The notes under the pieces: model-generated | What the model was told of the DNA's origin: nothing | The model's input: only the letters and a program-made list of their open reading frames with translations | Database searches by the model: none | Origin: an uncultured delta proteobacterium | GTDB lineage: Bacteria; Myxococcota_A; Polyangia; Polyangiales; Polyangiaceae | Direction: 5' to 3' | Assembly (NCBI GenBank): GCA_963841435.1 | Contig: CAWJCS010000004.1 | Coordinates: 384,001-448,000 of the forward strand | DNA: 64,000 bases | Program-made: the position numbers and the translations under genes | Part shown: in pieces, positions 1 to 9,618 of the stretch | Numbering within the stretch: position 1 is the first letter of the stretch | Layout of the letters: every line of letters starts with the position of its first letter

Positions 1-1338
1 GGGGACCTCGAAAGCGCGCCCGCCGTGCTCAGGCTTCGCGTCGGTGGCGCTGAAGGCCTCGCGCCGCTCGCTGATTTCCGTCTCTACGAGGGGACGCTGA
101 GCTCGTACTATCTCGGGCGCCTCGCCAAGCGCGAGCCTCCCTCGACGCTCGTCGAGCGCGAGGTGCCCGGCGTGGTTTGGCAAGAAGGCGACGACGTGCT
201 CGTGGCTCCCGCGCGAGCCCTTGTCGCCGGGACGTACTCGCTTGCGGCGCCGGACCTCGGGCTTCTCGCCGAAGTCACGGTCGACGCCGAACGGGGCGCG
301 TGGGTGCCGAGGCGTTGGCCGCCCGTCGGCGTCGGGCGAGGGCGCGGCGGCGCGATCTTCTGCGGACCGGAGGCCGCCGGGGTCGAGCCAGGGGCGCTCG
401 TGCTCGTCCCATCGGCGACGCCGGCCAGGATCACGAGGGGGGTGGGCGAGTCTTTCGCCTTTGCGTACGACTGCGTGCGTCTCGAGCCGGACGACGCGCC
501 GCCCGAAGGGACGTTGCTCCTGCCGCCCGCGCTCGCAGGTGGTGCGGCGCTCGAGCCTTTGCCGCTCGTCGTCACGGCCGCAGAGCCGCTCGTTCCCGAC
601 TGTGAGGACGGTGAAAAGCTCGTCGGCCCGGGCTGTGTGCTCGTCGAAGACGACAGGATGCGAGTTCGCTCGCCCGGGGGGGCATCGCTCTGGGCGGTGA
701 GCGAGCCGTCCTCCGTGCTCGGCGTCGCGTCGCCCGACGCGAGCCTCGTGCTCCGGGGCCTCACCGCAGCGGAGCCGTATCGCTTCGTGGCGAGCGCCTT
801 CGACCTTTCCGGTGCATGCACTCATGTCAACCTTGCGCTCGTTGCTGCCGCCGAGACGCCCCACGTCGTCATCAACGAAGTGCTCGCTGACCCGCGCGGG
901 CCGGAGACGTCGGGGGAGTGGATCGAGCTCGTCAACGACGGCGTGAGCCCCGTGGAGCTCGGGGGCTTCGAGCTCAGGGATACCGGTGCCGCTGTCGTGC
1001 TCCCAGCCCAACGGCTCGAGCCGGGCGCCTTCGTGTTGCTCGCGGACGCATCGTTCATGCCCGATCCGGAGCTCGACGTGCCCGTCGTGGACACGACCCC
1101 GATCCTCCGGTTGACCTCCCTCGGGCAGTCGGGTCTATCGAACGCGGGCGAGCTGCTCCGGCTCACCGATGCCGAGGGGCGCGTGCTCTCGCGCTTTCCG
1201 AGCCGAAAGTCGCCGGGGCCAGGGCAGAGCCTCGCGCGCGTGCGGCCCGATGCTCCCGACGACGAGCCCGCGTCCTTTGCCCCGCATGCCGAGCCCGGAG
1301 CGTCGCCGGGCGCCCCCAACGTCGTAGCGACACCCTGA
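1..1338 (+). CDS. Lamin-tail-domain (LTD) protein, 5' end probably outside the window
   Basis: Frame is open from base 1. C-terminal VVINEVLADPRGPETSGEWIELVN...LSNAGELLRL...ASPGAPN is a typical LTD signature. Confidence 0.75.
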   Translation, partial: GDLESAPAVLRLRVGGAEGLAPLADFRLYEGTLSSYYLGRLAKREPPSTLVEREVPGVVWQEGDDVLVAPARALVAGTYSLAAPDLGLLAEVTVDAERGAWVPRRWPPVGVGRGRGGAIFCGPEAAGVEPGALVLVPSATPARITRGVGESFAFAYDCVRLEPDDAPPEGTLLLPPALAGGAALEPLPLVVTAAEPLVPDCEDGEKLVGPGCVLVEDDRMRVRSPGGASLWAVSEPSSVLGVASPDASLVLRGLTAAEPYRFVASAFDLSGACTHVNLALVAAAETPHVVINEVLADPRGPETSGEWIELVNDGVSPVELGGFELRDTGAAVVLPAQRLEPGAFVLLADASFMPDPELDVPVVDTTPILRLTSLGQSGLSNAGELLRLTDAEGRVLSRFPSRKSPGPGQSLARVRPDAPDDEPASFAPHAEPGASPGAPNVVATP

Positions 1339-1379
1339 GCGCCAAGGCGCCCAGCGGTAACCGCCGAGCCGTTCGGCGT

Positions 1380-2745
1380 TCAGCTGCCGCTGATAGTCAT
1401 CGACGCGACCCGCAGCGTCGGTGCCGCCATGGCCGTCTTGAGCAACAGGTCACTGCCGACCGCGTCGATGCCCTTCAGCATGGCGTCCAGAGTCGACGAG
1501 ATCGTGACCTCGCTCACGGGGAATGCGAGCTTTCCGTTCTCGATCCAGAAGCCGGAGGCGCCGCGCGAGAAATCTCCGGTCACGGGATTGAAGCCGAACC
1601 CCATGAGGTCGGTGACGTAGAGGCCGCGAGCCGTCGAGCTCAGGATCACTTCGGGCGCCGTCTTTCCCGCGAGAAGGTGGAAATTGCTGGTCGTCGGTCC
1701 GGGCGAGCCCCCGCCGCGGGCCGCCGAGCCCGTCGAGCGTCGCCCGAGCTTCCGGGCCGAGTAGCAATCGAAGAGGAACGTCTTTAGAACGCCTGCGTCG
1801 ACGACGAGGTTGCGTCGCGAGGCCAGGCCTTCGCCGTCGTAGGGGCGTGAGCCCGGCGCGCGCGGAATCAGCGGGTCGTCGACGATCGTGACGAGGGGGC
1901 TTGCGACCTCGGTGCCCTCGCGCTCCATGAGGTAGGTGGACTTGCGCCAGACGGCGCCGCCCACGATGCAGCCCGCGAAGCTGCCGAGCAGCGACCGCGC
2001 GACGTCCGGATCGAACACGACGGGTGCCTCCGTGGTCGCGACCTTGCGCGCCCCGAGTTTGTCGAACGGTGCGCCGCGCCGCCTCCCGTCCCACGCTTTC
2101 GGGATCCTCGAGCGCCGATGCGTGACGCGCTCCGGTCCAGTAGTGGCCCCGGCGCTTCTTCCCGTCGGCGTCGTTCGCGACCGGAGCCACCGACAGCGAC
2201 GCGTAGGAGCCACGCGTGACGCCCTCGAAGCCGCCCGACAGCACGAGCGCGCTCACCCCGTCCGAGCGGCCGAACGTCGCGCCTTCGCTGAGCGTCACGC
2301 GGGGGTCGTAGCCGAGCGCGGCCGCTTCCGCGGCCGTGGCGCGGGCGAGCGCCTGCTCGCCGTCGATGAGGGCGATGTCCTCGTCCGCAAGGTCGAGATC
2401 CGGGAACGGCGCCCGCGCAAGCTCGCTGGGATCGGCGGGGCCAGCCGCCGGGTCAGGCTCGGAAAGCTCCACGAGCTCGATGGCGTCGAAAATCAAGCGC
2501 TCGATGCCGGCCTCGCCGAGATCGCTCGTGCTCGTCACGGCGACGCGCCCATCGCGGATGACCCGCAGTGCGACGCTGTGATGCCCCGCTTCCTCCACGA
2601 GCTCGGGTTTGCCGAGCCGCACCCGCACGCTGAGCTCGAAGCCGCCGCGCGCGCTCGCCTCCGCCACGCCGGCGCCGCGCGCGAGCGCGCCGTCCACGAC
2701 GCGCTTTGCCAGCGCCAGCAGGTGTCGTTCGCGATCGTCGGTCAT
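1380..2745 (-). CDS. pmbA: TldD/PmbA family metalloprotease subunit (PmbA/TldE-type), interrupted by a +1 frameshift near 2065
   Basis: N-terminal half is in ORF 1450..2745 (ELSVRVRLGKPELVEEAG) and C-terminal half in ORF 1380..2213 (SRPYDGEG, FNPVTGDFSRGASGFWIENG). Removing one base near 2065-2066 gives a continuous 454-aa protein (REAARRTV-DKLGARKV). Confidence 0.85.
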
Positions 2746-2794
2746 CGATGTCGTCGTATCAGATAAACGGTGGGCACGAAAACGGCGCGCCTCG

Positions 2795-3331
2795 TCAGCC
2801 TTGCAGCCGGCGCAGCGCCTGGGCCGTGTAAGCGGACGCGAGCCCGAGCACCGCGAAGACCCAGGCGAGCGTCCAGCCGAGCGGCGAGCCGAGCACGGGT
2901 TCCGTGCCGAAGTCGCCGTGGTACTGGGCGTAGGTCGCTCGCACGGAGAGGCGCGGGAAGAGCGCGAGCGTCAACGCCAGCCCCGAGAGGCCTGCGGCCA
3001 TGCCGAGCCGCAGCACCCTCGACGGGCGTCGGGCGCGCGTGGCGCGCGCCGCTGCGACGAACCCGATGGGCACGCTGGCGAGCGTTGCGAGCATGGTGGC
3101 GGCTTGCAGCAGGCGCGCTCGGCCACCGTCGAACAGGTACGCGCCCGCCCAGTCGGGCTCGAGCACGAACAGGCAGGCGCACGCCGGCGTGAAGGCCACG
3201 AGCGCATAGATGCACACCACGGCGAGCGAGCGCGAACCGAGGGCGCCTGGGGCGCCGCGCGCAACGTCTTCGCGCGCGAGCCACGCGAAGACCACGCCGA
3301 GCGTGAAGCCGAGGAGCGGTACAGCGAGCAA
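2795..3331 (-). CDS. Hypothetical integral membrane protein (about 5 TM segments)
   Basis: Hydrophobic ORF between pmbA and larB. TTG start at 3331 chosen to avoid overlapping larB. Confidence 0.6.
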   Translation of the reverse strand: MLAVPLLGFTLGVVFAWLAREDVARGAPGALGSRSLAVVCIYALVAFTPACACLFVLEPDWAGAYLFDGGRARLLQAATMLATLASVPIGFVAAARATRARRPSRVLRLGMAAGLSGLALTLALFPRLSVRATYAQYHGDFGTEPVLGSPLGWTLAWVFAVLGLASAYTAQALRRLQG

Positions 3332-3440
3332 AACCGGGCGGCTATCTTGCGCCCGTGGTGTTGGGTCCGGCAAGCGCCCGCGTGGCCCGGCTGCCCTGGA
3401 TTCGACGGCGCCGGGCCCAACTGCTAGTGCTTGCCGAAGC

Positions 3441-4217
3441 GTGAGCCCCGAACGTCTGCTGGCCCTGCTCGAGCGCGTGCGTTCCGGGGCGCTCTCGCCC
3501 ACGGCTGCCCTGGGAGAGCTCGCGACGCTGCCGTTCGAGGACCTCGAGTACGCCCGCATCGACCAGCACCGGGCATTGCGCCAGGGGCTTCCCGAGGTCA
3601 TCCTCGGGCAGGGCAAGTCCGCGGCGCAGATTGTGGGGATCGCGCGCCGGCTGCTCGAAGCCGGTCACAACGTGCTCGTCACGCGCCTCGACCCCGAGGC
3701 CGCCGGCGAGGTGACCCGTGCCGTGCCGGAGCTCGCCTATCAGCCGCTCGCTCGCACGGCGCTCGCCTTGCGACGGCCGCCACCACCGGTCGCGGGCGCA
3801 CCCGTCGCCGTCGTCACGGCCGGCACGAGCGATCTCCCGGTCGCCGAGGAAGCGCTCGAAACGCTCAAAAGCGCGGGCGTGCCGACGGAGCGCGTCGTCG
3901 ATGTCGGGGTCGCTGGACTGCATCGAGTGCTCGCGGCGCTCCCCGTGCTGCGGCGCGCGCGCGCCCTCATCGTCGTGGCCGGCATGGAAGGAGCGCTGCC
4001 CGGGGTCGTGGGCGGCCTCGTCGCCGCGCCCGTGATCGCCGTACCCACCTCGACGGGTTACGGGGCGGCGCTCGACGGGCTCACGGCGCTCTTCGGCATG
4101 CTCACGTGCTGTGCGTCGGGCATCACGGTCGTGAACATCGACAACGGCTTCGGCGCGGCAATGGCCGCCATCCGCCTTGTCCGTGGCACCGAGGCCGTCC
4201 AGGGGAGCGCGTCGTGA
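3441..4217 (+). CDS. larB: Nickel pincer nucleotide biosynthesis protein LarB (AIR-carboxylase-like)
   Basis: Motifs YARIDQHRALRQGLPEVILGQGK, AGTSDLPVAEEA, VAGMEGAL, VPTSTGYG and VVNIDNGFGAA. GTG start at 3441. Confidence 0.92.
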   Translation: MSPERLLALLERVRSGALSPTAALGELATLPFEDLEYARIDQHRALRQGLPEVILGQGKSAAQIVGIARRLLEAGHNVLVTRLDPEAAGEVTRAVPELAYQPLARTALALRRPPPPVAGAPVAVVTAGTSDLPVAEEALETLKSAGVPTERVVDVGVAGLHRVLAALPVLRRARALIVVAGMEGALPGVVGGLVAAPVIAVPTSTGYGAALDGLTALFGMLTCCASGITVVNIDNGFGAAMAAIRLVRGTEAVQGSAS

Positions 4218-5581
4218 CCGAGCGCGCCCGCGGGCACGCCGAGGACGCGGAGCACGAGCACGCTCACGGCCACGATCACCAGCATCCCCATGCCCACGGG
4301 CACACCCACGAGGGGTCGGACCCCGTCGGAGGGTCGCGCGCCAAAATCACGCTCTTGCCCGGTGACCCCGAGGCCCATCGCGCGCCGCTCGAACGGGGAG
4401 CGAGCAACGGCAAGCTGTTGTTCTTCGACGCTTTCAGCGGCATCGCCGGCGACATGACGGTCGCCGCGCTCGTGGACCTCGGGGTCCCTCGTGGGGTCGT
4501 CGAGCAGGCCGCGGCGGCGCTCGGTATCGACGGCGTGAAGCTCACGTTCAGTCGCGCTCGAACCGGCGGGCTCGGGGCCACGCACTTCGACGTGACGGCG
4601 TCGCGCGAGCAGCCCGAGCGGCGCTACGCGGACGTCCGGCGCTTGCTCGACGCATCGAGTCTTTCGCCCGCCGTGGTGGCGCTTGCGCAGCGCATCTTCG
4701 GCCGGCTCGCGCGCGCCGAGGCGAGCGTGCACCGCGTTCCGCTCGAGGAAGTGACCTTCCACGAGGTGGGCGCCGTCGACTCGCTCGTCGACGTCGTGGG
4801 GGCGGCAGCGTGTCTCGACTATCTCGGGGGTCACGTAGTCGGCTCGCCTCTCCCGCTCGGGCGCGGTTCGGTCGCGGCGGCTCACGGTGTGCTCCCGCTC
4901 CCCGCTCCCGCGACGCTGGCCTGTCTCGAGGGGGTCCCCACCGTCCCCGCGGCGCGCAACGTGGAGCTCGTGACTCCGACGGGTGCGGCCATCCTGAGCA
5001 CCGTGGCCGAGCGCTTCGAACCGTGGCCCGCGCTCGTGCCCGAACGCATCGGCTGGGGCGCCGGAACGCGAGCTTTCGAGGACGCCCCGAACGCGCTCCG
5101 GGTCGTCATGGGGTCGCAACCCTCGACGCAGCGAGCCACCGCCGAGCTCGTGATGCTCGAGGCCACCGTGGACGACATGACGGGCGAGCTCGCGGCGCAC
5201 GCCATTTTCGTCCTGCTCGGTCTCGGGGCGCTCGATGCCTTCGCGACGCCGGTGACGATGAAGAAGGGGCGGCCCGGCCTCGTAGTTTCCGCGCTCGTCC
5301 GCGCGGCGGAGGCCGATGCCGTCGCCGAGGCGCTGCTGCGCGAGACGACGACACTCGGGGTGCGTCGCACGCCCGTGACCCGAGTCGAGCGCCCCCGCCG
5401 TACGGTCGAAATCTCGACGCGTTTCGGCACGATCCCCGTCAAGGTGGCCGAGGGCCCCTACGGTCCGCCACAGGCGAAGCCGGAATTCGATGCCTGCGCG
5501 CGCGCGGCCGCCGAGCACGGCGTTGCCGTACGCGAAGTGATCGCGGAAGCGTTGCTCGCCTGGTCGCGGACGCGGCCCTGA
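4214..5581 (+). CDS. larC: Nickel insertion protein LarC with His-rich N-terminal extension
   Basis: Motifs FFDAFSGIAGDM, FHEVGAVDSLVDVVG, PLPAPAT, ELVTPTGAA, MKKGRPG, ETTTLGVR and KPEFD. GTGA overlap with the larB stop. Confidence 0.92.
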   Translation: MTERARGHAEDAEHEHAHGHDHQHPHAHGHTHEGSDPVGGSRAKITLLPGDPEAHRAPLERGASNGKLLFFDAFSGIAGDMTVAALVDLGVPRGVVEQAAAALGIDGVKLTFSRARTGGLGATHFDVTASREQPERRYADVRRLLDASSLSPAVVALAQRIFGRLARAEASVHRVPLEEVTFHEVGAVDSLVDVVGAAACLDYLGGHVVGSPLPLGRGSVAAAHGVLPLPAPATLACLEGVPTVPAARNVELVTPTGAAILSTVAERFEPWPALVPERIGWGAGTRAFEDAPNALRVVMGSQPSTQRATAELVMLEATVDDMTGELAAHAIFVLLGLGALDAFATPVTMKKGRPGLVVSALVRAAEADAVAEALLRETTTLGVRRTPVTRVERPRRTVEISTRFGTIPVKVAEGPYGPPQAKPEFDACARAAAEHGVAVREVIAEALLAWSRTRP

Positions 5582-5603
5582 CCAGTCCTCGGCCAACTCG
5601 AGA

Positions 5604-6245
5604 CTAGTCGGGCTTTTCGACCGCGAGCCCTGCGGCTTCCCAGGCGAGCAGCCCGCCCTCGAGGAACGCTGCCGCCACGCCCTGCTCGGCGAGCTTCTGC
5701 GCGATCTCTTTGGTCTTGTCCCCCGAGCGACAGTAGAGCACGGGCGGGACGCCCAGCATGTAGATCTCCGCGAGCCGCCCCTCGATCTCTTCGCCCGGCA
5801 TGTGGGTCGCGTCGGGAATGTGGGCGCGGTCGAAGGCTGCGCGCTCGCGGGTATCGACGGCTTTGACGCGCCCGGCGCGCAGCAGCGCCAAGAGCTCCTC
5901 CGGCTTCACGGCGCCTTCGGCGCGCGGCAGGTAGGGGTCGAGCATCTCGCGCAGCTGGGCTCGCTTGAGCGCCCCCACCTTGCCACCGACAGGCCGGCCC
6001 TGGTGGAACACCACGAAGGCGGGCACCGACTGCACGCCCAGCTGCCGCGCCAGCATCGGCGAGCGATCGATGTCGACGGTGACAATCTTGGCCTTGTCCA
6101 CCAGGTCGGCGGCGAGGGCCCTGAGCTCCGGTGCAACGAGCTTGCAGGGGCCGCACCACTCGGCGGAGAACTCCACCAGCACGGGGAGCTCCGACAAGAG
6201 CACCTCCCGCTCGAAATCCTGCTCTGAAACGACGCTCGGGGCCAT
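5604..6245 (-). CDS. Thioredoxin-rhodanese fusion protein
   Basis: N-terminal WCGPC thioredoxin. C-terminal rhodanese (DTRE..FDRAHIPDA, YCRSG, LEGGLLAW). Confidence 0.85.
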   Translation of the reverse strand: MAPSVVSEQDFEREVLLSELPVLVEFSAEWCGPCKLVAPELRALAADLVDKAKIVTVDIDRSPMLARQLGVQSVPAFVVFHQGRPVGGKVGALKRAQLREMLDPYLPRAEGAVKPEELLALLRAGRVKAVDTRERAAFDRAHIPDATHMPGEEIEGRLAEIYMLGVPPVLYCRSGDKTKEIAQKLAEQGVAAAFLEGGLLAWEAAGLAVEKPD

Positions 6246-6277
6246 GGCGGGTCATTACCTAGCACCGTCCCGCGTGT

Positions 6278-8386
6278 CTAGTCGTCACCCCCCGGCACCC
6301 GCAGATCGTCGGGGCTCGAAACACGACGTTTCAGGGCGAGCACCACCACGGTGCTGTCCGCTTCGACGGCGCCGGACCGAGGCGAGAGCTCGCTCGCGAG
6401 CACGAGCGCGGCTGCCCCGAGCAACGTGAACGCCGCCCACGAAAATTGGCTCGAACAGAGCGCGGGAGCCGCAAGGGACCAGGCACCCGGGCGCAGGGGA
6501 TCGGCGATCGCCGCGCCGGCGATCCACACGCTCGACAGCCAGGGGATCGAAAGCGCGACGCTCACCGCCGTCGCCCTCGCGGCGTGGGGCAGCACGCGCC
6601 GCAGGTACGGTGAGAGCGGCGCGCCGCCTCCACTCGGCGGCTCGAGCGCCTCCTCGACGCGCTGCTCGTTCAGGCGCTGGCTGAGCACTTCCGCGACATC
6701 GAAGGCTCGCAGCAGGCCGAGGCCGATCGCGCCGAGCGGGCCCCCGAACGACAGAGCAGCGCAGGCGACGAGCGGCTCGGGCAGCGCGCCGAGCAGCTCG
6801 CGTGCCCGCACGAGCAGGCCATGGGCGGTGCGCGAGACGCCGCCGGCGAGCAGCCCGAGTGCGCCACCGACGACGACCGCGACCCCGGTCGCCGCACCCA
6901 GCCCGAGGACGGTCGTGCCGAGCGCCGCGGAGAGGCCTCGCGGGTCACCCGTGGTTCGTCCGAGGAGCCCGACGAGCGAAAGCCCCGCGAGCACGACGCC
7001 GGCCCCGATGAGCAGCGGCCGGCGCCGCTCGGCGGGGTCGAGCTCCGTCGCCACCCGGGTCGGCGCGGGGCGGAGAAGATCGCCGATGGCGACCGACAGC
7101 GCGCCGGTTGCAGCGATGGGAAATCCAACCCACATGAGCAACGAGAGATCCCCTGCGGCGACAGCGCGCCGCGCCATGCCGCCCAGCCCGACGCCGAGCA
7201 CCGCCTCACCGGCGACGAGCGCCGTGACCGCCACGGGCAACCTCAACGCGAGGCGCGCGAGGGCACGGCGTAGCCACGGGCCGGGCGCGGCGAAGGCCTG
7301 GAGCTCCACCGTGAAAAGGGCTGCGAGCGCCAGCGTGAGCCCGCCGACCGCGATGCCGTACCCGTGCGCAAGGAGGCGCACCGAAAGCGAGGCCGGCGGC
7401 AGGGTCGCGGCACCCAATGCCACCGCGCCGAGCACCTTGGCGGTCGAACCGTGGCGTGAAAGGAGGCGCTCCGCACCGAGCGACGCCAAAAAGGCCAGTC
7501 CGACCGAAAGTCCCGCGTAAAGCAGCGTGCTCGTCGCCATGCGGAGAGCTCCGAGGGCCCGGGCCATGCCCGCGGGGTCGTCCTTGCCGAGGGCGCGCGC
7601 GACCGAAGCGACCCAGCGAAAATACCGCGTCTCGGTGACGGTCGCCGTGAGGCGCTGGGGGCCATCGAGCGTCGTAAAGTCGAGGGCATGCTCGAGCGCG
7701 AAGCTCTGGAACCGACTCACGGCCTCGCGTGCCTGCGTCACGTCGGGCTCTGCCGCCAGGTCGACGCGCACGCCCGTGACGTGCGCGAGCACGGGCGCGA
7801 GTCGCGCGACCCGTCGCGCGTCCTCCGCCGTGCGGACGCTGCCGAGCGCTTCGAGGAGCGCGGGTAGCGCGAAGGTGTCGAGCTCGGTGACTTCCTTGCG
7901 GCGCAAGGGGAGGGCGCGCTCCGCGAGCCGGGCGACCTTGCGCCTGACGACGGCCGGGCGAAAATCCGCGCTCCTGTCCTGCCAGAAGCGCGTGAAGAAG
8001 GCGATGGCTCGCTCTGGCGACGACAGCTCGTCGTCGTCGGCCACGCCCATCCTGCGCGCCACCGGGCCGAGAGCGAGCGCGACGCGCCCGCGCGCTCCCG
8101 GCTCGAGCGTGTCGAGCGTCGGCAGCACGTGTGGGAGGCCGGCGCCCCCGAGTCGGACGAGCTCGCGTGCCGCTCCCGGGGCTTCCGGTCCTCCCGCTGC
8201 GACGGCCCGCATGGCTCGGAGCGCCAGCTCGCGAGCGTTTCGGGGTGCCGGGTTGAAGAGGAGAGGCAGGTCGTCGCGCCGTGGACGAAGCCCGTCTGTG
8301 ACGCGCGCCAGCATCGCGAACGAAACGAGCGACGCCACGACGAGCGAAAGCACCGAGAAGGAGAGCTTCTCGATCGCGCGTCGCAT
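6278..8386 (-). CDS. Large membrane protein resembling a divergent fused DppB/DppC-type ABC permease, with an inserted helical (HEAT-like) domain
   Basis: N-terminal OppB-like TM (LSLVVASLVSFAML), an approximately 250-aa helical soluble region, many TMs, and an OppC-like segment (VVVGGALGLLAGG...LLVRARELLGALP; YLRRVLPH). Confidence 0.5.
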   Translation of the reverse strand: MRRAIEKLSFSVLSLVVASLVSFAMLARVTDGLRPRRDDLPLLFNPAPRNARELALRAMRAVAAGGPEAPGAARELVRLGGAGLPHVLPTLDTLEPGARGRVALALGPVARRMGVADDDELSSPERAIAFFTRFWQDRSADFRPAVVRRKVARLAERALPLRRKEVTELDTFALPALLEALGSVRTAEDARRVARLAPVLAHVTGVRVDLAAEPDVTQAREAVSRFQSFALEHALDFTTLDGPQRLTATVTETRYFRWVASVARALGKDDPAGMARALGALRMATSTLLYAGLSVGLAFLASLGAERLLSRHGSTAKVLGAVALGAATLPPASLSVRLLAHGYGIAVGGLTLALAALFTVELQAFAAPGPWLRRALARLALRLPVAVTALVAGEAVLGVGLGGMARRAVAAGDLSLLMWVGFPIAATGALSVAIGDLLRPAPTRVATELDPAERRRPLLIGAGVVLAGLSLVGLLGRTTGDPRGLSAALGTTVLGLGAATGVAVVVGGALGLLAGGVSRTAHGLLVRARELLGALPEPLVACAALSFGGPLGAIGLGLLRAFDVAEVLSQRLNEQRVEEALEPPSGGGAPLSPYLRRVLPHAARATAVSVALSIPWLSSVWIAGAAIADPLRPGAWSLAAPALCSSQFSWAAFTLLGAAALVLASELSPRSGAVEADSTVVVLALKRRVSSPDDLRVPGGDD

Positions 8387-8433
8387 GGCGGTTTCTTACT
8401 ACGTCGCCGGGAGCGCGAGGGTGGAGCGGCGCC

Positions 8434-9618
8434 CTAACGCAATAGCCAGAAGCCCGTGACGGCGACCGCCGCCATCGCCAGGAGCACGAGCGCGCCGACC
8501 AGGGCCGGCGGCAGCCCGTCGATGGGGATCGTCACGGGCTCGTCCTGGCCGCCGAATGGAACCGGATCGCTTCCGAGCGGAGGGCTCGGTGGCGTTTCGG
8601 CGTTCTCCGGGAGCGAGAACTGGATGCCGACCATCGTGTGGCCGACTTTCAGACGCCGCGATTCGCGGGCGGCCTCCTCGCTCGGCGCGCCGGTCTGCAG
8701 ATCGTGGCCGGAAATCGACGCCAACCGGGGTGCGTCACTGCTCGACTCGGGAAGCGCGTACTTCTTGTAAGCGAGGTCCCCGTCCGGGAGGCGTTCGGGC
8801 AGGCCGGCACCCTGGAACTCGGCCACGATCACCGTGATGTTGTCATGACCGCCGGCGCGGTTCGCGCGGTCCGTGAGCTCTCGACAGGCGTCGAGCGGAT
8901 CGGCGTGCGCGAGCAGCACCTCCCGGAGCTCGTCGGTCCGGACCATGCCGGAGAGACCGTCGGAGCAGAGCAGCAGCCGGTCGCCACGCGCGAGGTCCAC
9001 GTAGGTGAGGTCCACCTGCACGGTCTCCGCAGTACCGAGTGCCTGCAAAATGATGTTGTTGTGCTCGAAGGTCTCGGCTTCTTCCTCGGTGAGCTGGCCA
9101 GCTTCGATCAGCTGGTTGACGAGGGATTGGTCGCGGCTCACCTGGACCAGGCGCTCACCGCGGAGCACGTAGGCGCGGCTGTCCCCGACCTGTGCGACGA
9201 ACAGGCGCGAGTCCACGAGCGCGGCGATCGTCGCCGTCGTGCCCATGCCTCGGCGTGAGCGGTCCGCTCGTGCCTCGTTGAAGATCCGGGCCCCGGCTTC
9301 CTCCACGGACTGGACGAGGCGGCGGGCGAGCTCGTCGTGCTCTGCGGGCGGGTCACCCTCCAAAAGGCGCTCGTAGATGATGTCGACCGCCAGCTGGCTT
9401 GCGATCTCACCGGCCGCGGCGCCACCCATGCCGTCGCAGACGCCGAGCACTGAGCCCTGCGCCCCGATGGTCTGGTCGCGATCCCCCTCGAGCAGGCCAC
9501 GGCTCTCGCGCGTGAGGTCAGCGACGAGGAAATTGTCCTCGTTGTGCTCCCGGATCTGTCCCACGTCGGTGCGCCCGAACAGGCGCATCCGGATCTCCGG
9601 ACGACCGTCGCCGTTCAT
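8434..9618 (-). CDS. PP2C-family Ser/Thr protein phosphatase with C-terminal TM anchor
   Basis: Motifs TDVGQIREHNED, VCDGMGG, MGTT, QVGDSRAY, CSDGL and GGHDNITV. Confidence 0.92.
   Translation of the reverse strand: MNGDGRPEIRMRLFGRTDVGQIREHNEDNFLVADLTRESRGLLEGDRDQTIGAQGSVLGVCDGMGGAAAGEIASQLAVDIIYERLLEGDPPAEHDELARRLVQSVEEAGARIFNEARADRSRRGMGTTATIAALVDSRLFVAQVGDSRAYVLRGERLVQVSRDQSLVNQLIEAGQLTEEEAETFEHNNIILQALGTAETVQVDLTYVDLARGDRLLLCSDGLSGMVRTDELREVLLAHADPLDACRELTDRANRAGGHDNITVIVAEFQGAGLPERLPDGDLAYKKYALPESSSDAPRLASISGHDLQTGAPSEEAARESRRLKVGHTMVGIQFSLPENAETPPSPPLGSDPVPFGGQDEPVTIPIDGLPPALVGALVLLAMAAVAVTGFWLLR

Noticed and set aside
3431-4213. 716-aa LarC, and similar N-terminal extensions of the ArsA, TPR, flippase, FadL2 and KS2 ORFs
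   Set aside because: The extensions overlap upstream genes and are Arg/Pro/Ala junk. Internal starts with ATGA/GTGA coupling fit better.
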